Shown piece by piece: positions 27,125-49,728 of a stretch of DNA of 64,000 nt; position 1 is the first letter of the stretch; every line of letters begins with the position of its first letter. Made by a program: the position numbers and the translations under genes. The notes under the pieces are model-generated. The model ran no database searches and was not told where the DNA came from. It saw only the letters and a list, made by a program, of their open reading frames with translations. Source of the DNA: the human T2T-CHM13v2.0 reference genome, Homo sapiens; assembly GCF_009914755.1 (NCBI RefSeq), contig NC_060926.1. The stretch is one strand, 5' to 3'.

Positions 27125-28857
27125 GTATTCTTTTTTTTTTTTTTTTTTTTGTCCCTCACCACACTCCCACTCTCTCCCCTTCCGAGTCTCCAATGCCTAT
27201 TACACCACTTTGTATGCTTTTACGTGCCATAGCTTATCTCCTATATATAAACGAGAACATACCGTATTTTTTTATTCATGAGTTACTTAAAATAATAGCC
27301 TCTTGCTCCATCCACATTGCTACAAAACATATTGTTTCATTGTTTTTTTTTATGGCTGAGTAGCATTTCAGTGTCTGTATATCACATTTTCTTTATTCAC
27401 TCATTGGTTGATGGACACGTAGGTTGGTTCCACATCTTTGCAGTTGTGAATTGTGCTGTAGTTGTGCACAATTGCATATGCATATGTCTTTCTGATATAA
27501 TTACTTATTTTCCTTTGGATATGTAGCCAGTAGTGGGATTATTGAATCAAATGGTAGCTCTACTTTTATTTCTTTGAGAAATATCAATACTATTTTCAAT
27601 ATAAGTTGTACTAATTTACATTGCCACCAGCTGTATATAAGCATTCCCTTTCACTTTGTCCATGCCAACATCTATTCTTTTTGACTTTTTACTAATGGGC
27701 ATTGTGGTCGTGGTAAGGTAGAATCTGATTGTTGTTTTAATTTGCATTTTCCCGAGGATTAGTCATGTTTGGCTTTTTTTTTTTTTCGTGAGTTTATTGG
27801 CCATTTGTATTTTTTTGAGAAGTATCTATTAATGTAATTTTCCCACTTTTTGGTGGGATTACTTGTCTTTTATTGCAAACTTGTTTGAGTTCCTTGTAGA
27901 TTCTGGTTATTAGTCCTTTGTCAGATGCATACTTTGCAAATATTTACTCCCAGTCTGTGAGTTGTCTTTTTACTGAGATGATTATTTCTTTTGTTCTACA
28001 GAAGCTTTTTAGTTTAATTATATCTCATTTATTTAATTTTGTTTTTGTTGCATTTGCTTTTGGGGTTTTAGTCAATCTTTGCCCAGGTCAATATCCAGAA
28101 GTGTTTTTTCCTAGGTTGTCTTCTTCTAGAATTGATGTAGTTTCAGATCTCACATTTAAGTCTTTGATCTGTCTTGAGTTGATTTTTGTATAAGGTAAGA
28201 GATGAGAATCCAGTTTCGTTTTTCTACATGTTGCTTGCCAATTATCCCAGCACCATTTGTTAAAAAGATTGTCCTTTCCACACTTTATGTTTTTGTTTGC
28301 TTTGTCAAAAATAAGTCGGCTGTAGGTATTTGGGTTAATTTCTGGGTTCTCTAATCTGTTCCATTGGTCTATGTGCCTAGTTTTATACCAATACCATGCT
28401 GTTTTGGTGACTATGGCCTTATAGTACAGTTTGAAGTCAGGTAATGTGATAGCTCCGGGTTTGTTCTTTTTGCTTAGTCTTGCTTTGGCTGTGCGGGCTC
28501 TTTTTTGGTTCCATATAAATTTTAGGATTTTTTTTTTCAGTTCTGTGAAGAATAATGGTGGTATTTTGATGGGAACTGCAGTGAATTTATAGATTATTTT
28601 TGACAGTATGTTCCTTTTCACAATACTGGTTCTACCCATCCATGAGCATGGGGTGTGTTTCCATTTGTGTCATCTATGATTTATTTCAGCAGTGTTTTGT
28701 AGTTTTTTTTGTAGAGGCCTTTCACCTCCTTGGTTAGGTATGTTCCTAAGTATTTTTTTTTGCAGCTATTGTAAAAGGGGTTGAGTTCTTGATATGATTC
28801 TCAGCTTGGTCACTGTTAGTGTAGAGCAGAGCTACTGATTTGTGTGCATTAATTTTT

Positions 28858-32058
<3,201 letters not shown>

Positions 32059-35000
32059 TCAGTTCTAGAAGCTTTTTGGAGGAGTCTTTAGGGTTTTCTA
32101 GGTGGTCATATCATCAGCAAACAGCAACAGTTTGCTTTCCTCTTTACCAATTTGGATGCCCTTTCTTTCTTTCTCTTGCCTGATTGCTCTGGCTAGGAAT
32201 CGCAGCACTATGTTGAATAGAATTGGTGAAAAAGGGCATCCTTGTCTTGTTCCAGTTTTTGGGGAAATGCATTCAACTTTTTCCACATTCAGTATAATTT
32301 GGGATGTGGGTTTGTCGTAGACGGCTTTTATTACATGAAGTTATGTCTCTTCTATGCTGATATTGTATATATCATAAAAGGGACTTAATCATAAAAGGAT
32401 GCTGGATTTTATCAAATGCTTTTTCTGCATCTATTGAGATAATGATGTGATTTTGTTTTTAATTCTTTTTATGTGATGTATCACAGTTTTTGACTTATGT
32501 ATGTTAAGCAATCCCTGCATCCCTGCTATGAAACCCACTTGATCATAGTAGATTTTCTTTTTTATATGCTGTTGGATTTTGTTTGCAATATTTTGTTGAG
32601 GATTTTTGCATTTACATTTATTTGGGATATTGGTCTGTAGTTTTCTTTTTTTATTATGTCATTCCCTGGTTTTGATATTAGGGTGATACCTGTTTCATAG
32701 AATGATTTATGGAGGATTCCCTCCTTATCTTTTGGAATAGTATCAATAGGATTGGTACCAATGGTTTGAATTTCTGATAGAATTCATCTATGAATTTGCC
32801 TGGTCCTGGACTTTTTTGCTGACAATTTTTTTATTACTATTTCAATCTTGCTGCTTGTTTTTGATCTGTTCAGAAATTTTATATCTCCCTTGTTTAATTT
32901 AAGAGGGTTGTATATTTCCTGGAATTTATCAATCTCCTCTAGACTTTCTAGTTTATGTGCATAAAGGTGCTCATAGTAGCCTTGAACAATCTTTTGTATT
33001 TCTGTGGTATCAGTTGTAATATCTCCTGTTTCATTTCTACTTGAGCTTACTTGGTTCTTCTCTCTTCTTTTCATGGTTAATCTCCCTAATGGTCTATCAA
33101 TTGTATTTGTGTTTTCAAAGAACCAGGTTTTTGTTTCATTTATCTCTGGTATTGTTTTGTTATTGTTGTTGTTTCTTTGCTGTTGCTTCACTTTCATCTA
33201 GCTCTGCTCCGATCTTCATTATTTCTTTTCTTCTGCTGAGTTTGACCTTGGATTTCTCTTGTTTCTCCAGTTTCATGAGGTGTGACCTCAGATTGTTTGT
33301 TCTCTTTCAGACTTTTTGATGTAGGCATTTAATGCTATGAACTTTCCTTTTAGCACTGCTTTTGTTGCATGTCAGAGATTTTGATAAGTTGTGTCACTAT
33401 TATTGTTCAGTTCAAAGAATTTTTAAATTTCCATCTTGATTTCATTGTTGACCCAATGACGATTCAGGAGAAGGTTATTTAATTTTTGTGTATTTTTATG
33501 GTTTTGAGGGTTCCTTTTGGAGTTGATTTCTAATTTTATTCCACTGTGGCATGAGAGAATACTTGATATAATTTTGATTTTCTTAAATTTACTGTGATTT
33601 GTTTTAAGGCCTATCATATGGTCTATCTTGGAGAGTGTTCCATGTGCTGATGAATAGAATGTATATTCTGCAGTTGTTGGGTAGAATGTTCTGTAAATAT
33701 CTGTTAAGTCCATTTGTTGTAGGATACAGTTTAAGTCCATTGCTTCTTTGTTGACTTTCTGTCTTGAAGACCTGTCTAGTGCTGTCAGTGGAGTATTAAA
33801 TTCCTCCACCATTATTGTGTTGCCATCTGTCTCATTTCTTAGACCTAGTAGTAATTGTTTTATAAATGTGGGAGCTCCAGTGTTAGGTGCATATATATAT
33901 GGAGTTGTGATATTTTCGTTATATTATTATATAATGTTCCTCTTTGTCTTTTATAACTGCTGTTGCTTGTTTTGTCTGATATAAGAATAGCTACTCCTGT
34001 TCACTTTTGATTCCCGTTTGCATGGAGTATATTTTTCCACCCCTTTACCTTAAGTTCATGTGAGTCTTTATGTGTCAGGTGAGTCTTCTGAAGACAGCAG
34101 AAACTTGGTTGGTGAATTCTTATCCATTGTGCCATTCTGTATCTTTTAAGTGGAGCATTTAGTCCATTTACATTCAATTTTAGTATTGAGATGTGAGGTA
34201 CTATTCTATTCATTGTGCTATTTGTTGCCTGAATACCTTTTTTTCATTGTATTATTGTTATATAGGTCCTGTGAGATTTAAGCTTTCAGGAGGTTCTATA
34301 GCGGTGTATTTCAAGGACTTGTTTCAAGATTTAGAGCTCCCTTTAGCAGTACTTGTAGTGCTGGTTTGGTGGAGGTGAATTCTCTCAGCATTTGTTTGTC
34401 TGAAAAAGACTGTATCTTATATCTTTCCTTCATTTATGAAATTTAGTTTCACTGGATATAAGATTCTTGGCTGATAATTGTTTTGCTTAAAGAGGCTAAA
34501 AATATTACCCCAATTTCTTCTAGCTTGTAGCGTTTCTGTTGAGAAATCTGCAATTAATCTGATAGTTTTTTCTTTATAGGTTACCTGATGCTTTTGCCTC
34601 ACAGCTCCTAAGATTCTTTCCTTTGTCTTGACATTAGATAACCTGATGACCGTGTGCCTAGGCGATAATCTTTTTACAATGAATTTCCCAGGTGTTCTTT
34701 GAGCTTCATGTATTTGGATGTCTAGATTTCTAGCAAGGACAGGGAAGTTTTCCTCTATTATTCCCTCAAATATGTTTTCCAAACTTTTACATTTCTCACC
34801 TTCCTTGGGAACACCAATTATTCTTAGGTTTGGACATTTAATGTAGTCCCAAACTCCTTGGAGGCTTTGTTCATTTTTTAAATTATTTATTCTTTGTCTT
34901 TGATGGGTTGGATTAATTTCAAAGCCCTGTCTTCGAGCTCTGTGTTTTTTTCTTTGCTTGTTCCATTCTATTGCTGACACTTTCCAGTGCATTTTGCATT

Positions 35001-36919
35001 TATCTAAGTGTGTCCTTGATTTCAAGAAGTTGTGATTGTTTTTTATCTATGCTATCTATTGCACTGAAGAATTTTCCTTTTGTATCCTATATCACGTTTC
35101 TTATTTTTTTAAATTGGACTTCACCTTTCTCTGGTGCCACCTTGATTAGCTTAAAATTGATCTTCTGAATTCTTTTTCTGGCAATTCAGAGATTTTTGTC
35201 TTGGTTTGGATCCATTGCTGGTAAGCTGGTATAGTCTTTTGGTGATATTAAAGAACCTTGTTTTGTCATATTGCCAGAATTGTTTTTCTAGTTCTTTCTC
35301 ATACGGGTAGACTATGTCTGGGATTCAAGGGCTGCTGCTCAGATTATTTTGAACCATGGGATGCTCCCTTTATGTGGTGTTCTCCCCCTTCCCCTAGGAA
35401 TAGGGCTTCCTGAGAGCTAGACTGTAGTGATTGTTTTTGCTCTTCTGGGTCTAGGAACCCAGTGGAGCTACTGTGCTCTGGGCTAGTACTGGGGAGTGTC
35501 TCCAAAGAGTCCTATGTTGTGATCTATCTACAGGTCTTGCAGCCACTGATGCCAGCACCTGCTACAGTGGAGGTAGCAAGGGATTAAAGTGGACTCTGTG
35601 AGGGTCCTTGGTTGTGTTTTGTTTAGTGGGCTGGTTTTGTGTTGGTTGGCCTCCAGCCAGGAGGTGACCTTTTCAAGTATGCATCAGCTGCAGTCCTATA
35701 GGGAGGATGCAAACTTGCTCTAGGGACACCTGGTTAAGTATTCAGGTTTCTCAGGCAGTGGGCAGGGTCATAGGACTCCCAAGAGAATATGAGCTTTTTC
35801 TTCGGCTACCAGGGAAGGTAGAGAAAGACCACAAGGTGGAGGCAGGAATAGGCATATCTGAGCTCAGCCTATCTTTGCGCAAGGCTTACTGTAGCTCCTT
35901 TGGGAAATGGGGGTGTGGTTCCCAGTACGATGGAGATACATTTTCAGGGGAGTTATGCCTGCCTCTGCTGAGTCATACATGTTACCAGAGAAGTGGGGGA
36001 AAGCTGGCAGTTGCAGGTCATCCCACTCCCAAACAGCCCACAGTTCTAAAGGCCAGTCTCATTCCCAGCATGCCCCCACAACAGCACTGACTCTATTTCC
36101 AGACAGCTGGTGGCCAGGGCTGAGAACTTTCCCCAGACCACAAGCCTCCCCATTGAGAAAGCAAGCAGACACAGTTTTCAGCATCTCAGGGAGCCTGCAG
36201 CAGTGACCATTTCCTTCAAAAGATCTGTGGCTTTTCTGATGAAGCGTCTATGTTGTCTGGGGTATATACCCTGGAGTTCATTGTCTCAGGCCAGAAAAAT
36301 TTAGGACACTAACACACACGAGTTTAGGAGCAGAAGCTTAATAGGCAGAAGAGAAGAGAAAGAAAAACAGCTCTCTCTACAGAGAGGTCTTCCAAGTGGA
36401 AAAAACCAGCTGGCCGTGGATGCATGGGATTTTATAGTCCGGCTTGAGGAGGCAGTGTATGACTTATGTAGAGCTCACAGATTGGTTCCATCAGTTGTGA
36501 TATTTACCATAGCAAGTGTGGAAGGCTGGTCACCCCATCCTAATCTTATTATGCAAGTGAACTTTCCTTGGCCAGCACCATCTTATCTGCTCCTCACTGT
36601 ACAAGTGGCTGGCAGAGAAGGGAAGATGGGGCCGCCATCTTGAACATGTCTTTTTCCTAGTTCCTGCCAGCATTCACCCATACAAGCTCCCAGCTTCCTT
36701 GTCTACGTCTGCAGCTCAACTTTACAGGTTACTCTTTGTTAGAAAATGATTTGGGGCTGCCTTTTATTAAAAAGAAAACCCTTACCAAGGACTGCCATAC
36801 CCTTACTATCTGTATTTCCCCCTGGGGAGTGAGAACCCTAACTCCTGTTAGGGGGTGTTGGGCGATGACTCCATCTGGCTACTTCCAGCTGAAAAGGTGC
36901 ATTGTATTAGGAACAGCAG

Positions 36920-38320
<1,401 letters not shown>

Positions 38321-38423
38321 TCATTTATTTATCTCTTATGATTTTCAGCTTAAAGTCTCCTATGTCTTCACACTGGTATCTGGGACTTTCCTCTGGGCTG
38401 TCAGGGGTTGCTCTCCCAGCTTT

Positions 38424-39545
38424 TCAGTCTTTCACTCGAGTGTGATGTATCCAGGAGTTGATACCTGTAACTTTTACCACCGAAGGGGTTTGAAGGAGAA
38501 TGGTATAAGGCTCTTCCCAGGTTAGGCTTAGGGAAGGAGAGAGAAAAGGGAGAGCTTTTACCAATACCAAATCTCCTGGGTTAAATAAAGGTGGTCCTAC
38601 TTCTTGGGGTTGGGCTTCTTCTTGTTGAGTTAATTCCTGTTGAAAGTGAATGAGAGACGTTACATGCTTAACCAACTCAGAGGTCTCTTAGCCTAATAAG
38701 AAATAATTGGTGAGGAAAGGCTGTCCAAACAGCATCTCAAAAGGGCTTAGACCTAACTTTGAAGTTGTGTTTCTTACCTGCATGAAGTCATGGGAAGAAG
38801 AGTCACCCAACGAAGGTGAGTTCTTGGGGCAGTTTCCTGAGGTGTCTTTTGATAATATCATTTGTCTTCTCTACCTTTCCTGAGGACTGGGGTCTCTAAG
38901 CGCAATGGAGATGATACAGTATGCCTAGTGCATTTGCGACCCCCTGTGTCATGGCTGCCTTAAGTGAGGGGCCCTTGTCACTTTGGAGGGGCTTAGGTAG
39001 ACCAAAACAGGGAATAATTTCATTAGCTAACACCTTTACTACCTCAGAGACCTTTTCTCTACAGCTTGGAAATGTTTCTACCCAGTTAGTGAAAGTATCT
39101 ACCTCTACCAGGAGGTAGTGGATGCCCTTTGTCTTGGGTATGTGAGGAAAGCTGCCAGCCCTCCCCTGGATAGCTTACCACCCTTTGGGTTGGAGGATAA
39201 AGGAGCCATCTCTGCAGGTGATTATTTTTAAGACAGACTTCACAAGCATTAACAACCTGTTTAACTGTTCTTAGTAAGTTCTCTCCTGAAAACAATCTCT
39301 GTGCATATTGATAAGTTTTATCCTTTCCCAAGTGAAAAGCCTGGTGAAGGATTTTAAGGACTTTCCACTGGCTGGAGGCTGTCAAGTGGAGCCATCCTCT
39401 GACTGCAGCCATCCTGAGGGCTGGAAGGTGTACCCTTGAGAAGTGGCCCATTCTATTTCTGTAGGGGAATACCAAGACTTGATTTCTTTTATGGAGCCTT
39501 CCCAGATTAGACGGGCTTCAAGTGTGTTAATGTCATGAGGCATCA
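38424..39545 (-). pseudogene. Retroviral integrase remnant
   Basis: HHCC finger LHQAFHLG...CEVC and C-terminal PGDLVLVK...WEEPYTILL...SWIHHTRVK; broken frames. Confidence 0.88.
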
Positions 39546-39687
39546 TCTCCAGGTACAATAAACATACGTGTGCGTGTGTCTTGAGAGTAGAATGATTTAT
39601 ATTCCTTTGGGTATATACCCAGTAATGAGATTGCTGGGGATTAAATTCCTGGTTCTAGATCCTTGAACCAGCTCCCCCCGCCCCCCC

Positions 39688-39733
<46 letters not shown>
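39688..39733. repeat. (CA)n microsatellite, ~22 units
   Basis: Directly visible. Confidence 0.98.
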
Positions 39734-39735
<2 letters not shown>

Positions 39736-40178
39736 TGAATCTTGGAAGAGACTATGTGACAATTGCATTTGGGCAACTGTTGCATCCCTACTTAATGGAG
39801 GAAGCAGGCTGGTGTGAGCTCTATATCCTGCTATTATGGCCTGTGCTAAAGTGTTTCCCTTAGAGAATGGTTTCAGTTGCCTTCCATAATTAAAATTCCC
39901 TTAGTAATTAAGTACCATTCTAATAAAACGCAGAAATTTGCCTTAAAAGAACATACGGACCAAATGGCCATCTTCCTGCTAAGGGGACAGTATCAAGACT
40001 AAAATTTGGCTTTGGAGGATATTTTACTCCTAGTTGTAGAAGGCAGAGTTTTCCCATTTACAGAAGAAGCATGAAGACTAGTTTCTATACTAGAGAGGCA
40101 CAAAAAGGGAGGAGAATTGGGAAGCTAGACTGTTTCAGTAAAGGACCAACAATGTGCCTCATGGAAAGGACCCCTATT

Positions 40179-40192
40179 CCACTAGGTGGCGC
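40179..40192 (+). promoter_or_regulatory. CTCF core motif
   Basis: CCACTAGGTGGCGC matches CCASYAGRKGGCRS without mismatch; binding not demonstrated. Confidence 0.6.
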
Positions 40193-40205
40193 TGTAGACC
40201 TTAAA

Positions 40206-40450
40206 ATGCCATGTGCTCTCCAGACTGGGGGCAGAGTGACCTTGACATGCCATGTGGTCTCCAGACCAAGGGCAGAGAGTGACCTGGAAGTGCTAAGTGC
40301 TCTCCAGACCAAGGGCAGAGAGTGACCTTGACGTGCCATGTGCTCTTCAGACCAAGGGCAGAGTGACCTTGACATGCGATGTGTTCTCCAGACCAAGGGC
40401 AGAGAGTGACCTGGAAGTGCCATGTGTTCTCCAGACCAAGGGCAGAGAGA
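40206..40450. repeat. Minisatellite, ~6 units of 41-43 bp, in ERV 5' leader
   Basis: Unit rtgccatgtgytctccagaccaagggcaga(ga)gtgacct(tgac/ggaa). Confidence 0.96.
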
Positions 40451-41949
40451 GATGCTCACTGTGGTGGTGGTGGGTGGGGGGACCCTTTGTTCCTAGAAAA
40501 TCACGCCAAACAACAGCTCTGTCTCTATAAAGAGAGAGGATGTTCCAAGTGGAAAAGACAGGCTGGCCATGGATGCACCAGATTTTATAGTCAGGCTTGA
40601 GGAAGTGGTGTCTGATTTACGTAGGGCTCACAGATTGGTTCAATCAGGTGTGACATTTACATATTATGCAAATGAACTTTCATTGGCCAGAGCCATCTTG
40701 TCTACTCCTTACTGTACATGTGGCTGGCAGAGAAGGGAAGGTGGAGCTGCCATCTTGAACAGTCTTGTCCCTAGTACCCATATAAGTTCCCAGCTTGCTT
40801 GTCTGTGTCTGCAGTTTGACTTTACAGGCTGCCGTCTGTTAGAAAACGATTTGGGGCTGCTTTTCATTTCGTTAAAAAGAAAAGCCTTACCGAGGACTCC
40901 CATAACCTTACTCTCTGCCTAAGTGATTTCTTCTTAACTCCTATATCACTGGTATGTTTCTGTAGTAGTTCTTGGAGCAAAAGTTCATGATGTGAATCTC
41001 CATATACTGCTCTGTCCATCCAAGTGGGAGCTGCAAGTTGGTACTGCCTCCTATTGGCCATCTTACTCTAAATCCTATTTTGCATTTTTTTTTCAATTTA
41101 TATTTAGTTCTATGATCTTTGTTACTTTTTTTCTTCTGCTAACTTGAGTTTAGTTTGTCATTGTTTGTCTGCTTCCTTGAAGTGTGATGTTAGGTTGCCA
41201 ATTTGTGCTATTTGAGACTATTTAATGTATGCGTTTAGTGCTATATCTTTTTCTCTTAGCACTGCTTTTGTTGTCTCCCAGAAGTTCTGATAATTTTTGT
41301 AAGAATTATCATTCATTTTGAAGAATTTTTAAATTTCCATCTTGACTTCCTTGTTAATTCAAAAATTCTTCAGGAAATTATTTAATTTTCATGGATTTGT
41401 CTAATTTTGAGGATTGCTTTTGGAGTTGATTTCTAGTTTTATTTCACTGTGATCTGAGAAGATACTTGATATGATTTTGATTTTTTAAAATTTATTGAAA
41501 CTAGTTTTGTAACATCTTATATGGTCTAATTGGGGAATGTTCCATGTGCTGATGAAATAAATGTATATTCTGCAGTTCTTGGGTAGAATGTTTTGTAAAT
41601 ATCTGTTAGGCCCATTTGTTCTAGAGTATAGTTTAAGTTCAGTGTTTCTTTTTCAGTGGAGTGTTGAAGATCCCCATTAGTATTGTTTTGTTGTCTCTCT
41701 TTGCTTAGTCTTAGTAGTAATTGTTTTATGAATCTGGAGCTCTAGAGTTAGGTGCATATATATTTAGGATTGTAACATTTTTTGTTAGACTGATCTTTTT
41801 ATTATTGTAAATTGAACCTTCTTTTTTTCTGTTATTGCTTTAAAGTTTGTTTTGTCTGATATAAGAGCTACTCCTGCTCACTTTGGTTTCCATTTGCATG
41901 AAATATTTTTTCCATCCCTTTACCTTGAGTTTATAAGAATCCATACATG

Positions 41950-48553
<6,604 letters not shown>

Positions 48554-49464
48554 AAGAATCCACACATGCACATGCTGGGTGAGTTTCCTGAAGATAGCAG
48601 ATATTTGGTATGTGATTTTCTTAGCCATTCTGCCAATCTGTATCTCTTAAGTGTAGCATTTATAGTCACTATTAAGATGTGAGGTACTGTTCTAGCCATC
48701 AGGTTTATTGTTAGCATGGTATTTTGTTTTCTTTGTTATTTTATTGTATTTTAGGTCCTGCGAGTTTTATGCTATCAAGAGATTCTATTCTGTTGCATAT
48801 TGACTTTTTGTTTCAAGCTTTAAAATTCCTTTTAGCAATGTTTATAGGGCAAGGCTAGTAGTGACAAGTCCCAAAGCTTTTCATTGTCTGAGAAAAACTT
48901 TATTTCTTCCTCATTTATGAAACTTAGATTTGCTGAATACAATATTCTTGACTGACAGTTATTATGTTCAAGGGGAATAAATATAGGACTCCAACCCATT
49001 CTGGCTGTAAGGTTTCTGCTGAGAAGTCTGCTGTTAGTCTGATAGGCTTTCCTTTATGTTACCTGATGCTCTTTTCTCAGTCCTCTTAGAATTTTTTTTG
49101 TTCAGGTTGTCTTTAAGTAGCCTGATCACTATCCATCTGCCTTAGCGATGTCCTTTTTGCAATGTATCTCCAAGAAGTTCTTTGTGCTTCTTGCATTTGG
49201 ATCTCTAAATATCTAGCAGGGACAGGGAGATTTTCCTCCCAAATAAATTTTTGAAACTTTTTGCTTCATTTTCCTCCCTCAAGAACACCAGTTATTCTTA
49301 GATTTGGCCATTTTATATAATCCCATGTTTTGGGGGACTTTGTACATTTCTTTTAATTCCTTTTTCTGTATTTTTGTCTAATAGAGATGATTTGCAAGCC
49401 TTGTCTTTGAGCTCTAAAATTTTTTCTTCTACTTGGTCTCATCTATTGTTAAAACTTTCTATTA

Positions 49465-49728
49465 CTGTAATCCCAGCACTTTGGGAGGCCGAGGCGGGCA
49501 GATCACAAGGTCAGGAGTTCAAGACCATCCTGGCCAACATGGTGAAACCCCATCTCTACTAAAAATACAAAAAAATTAGCCAGGCATGGTGGCGGGTGCC
49601 TGTAGTCCCAGCTACTCAGGAGGCTGAGGCAGGAGAATGGTGTGAACCTGGGAGGCGGAGCTTGCAGTGAGCCACTGCACTCCAGTCTGGGCGACAGAGC
49701 AAGACTCCATCTCAAAAAAAAGAAAAAA
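49465..49728 (+). mobile_element. 5'-truncated AluY/Sc8-like
   Basis: Starts at ctgtaatcccagc; TSD aaaactttctatt at 49451 and 49729. Confidence 0.95.

Noticed and set aside
40206-40450. CRISPR-like repeat array
   Set aside because: Units are head-to-tail with no unique spacers, no cas genes, eukaryotic ERV context; it is a minisatellite
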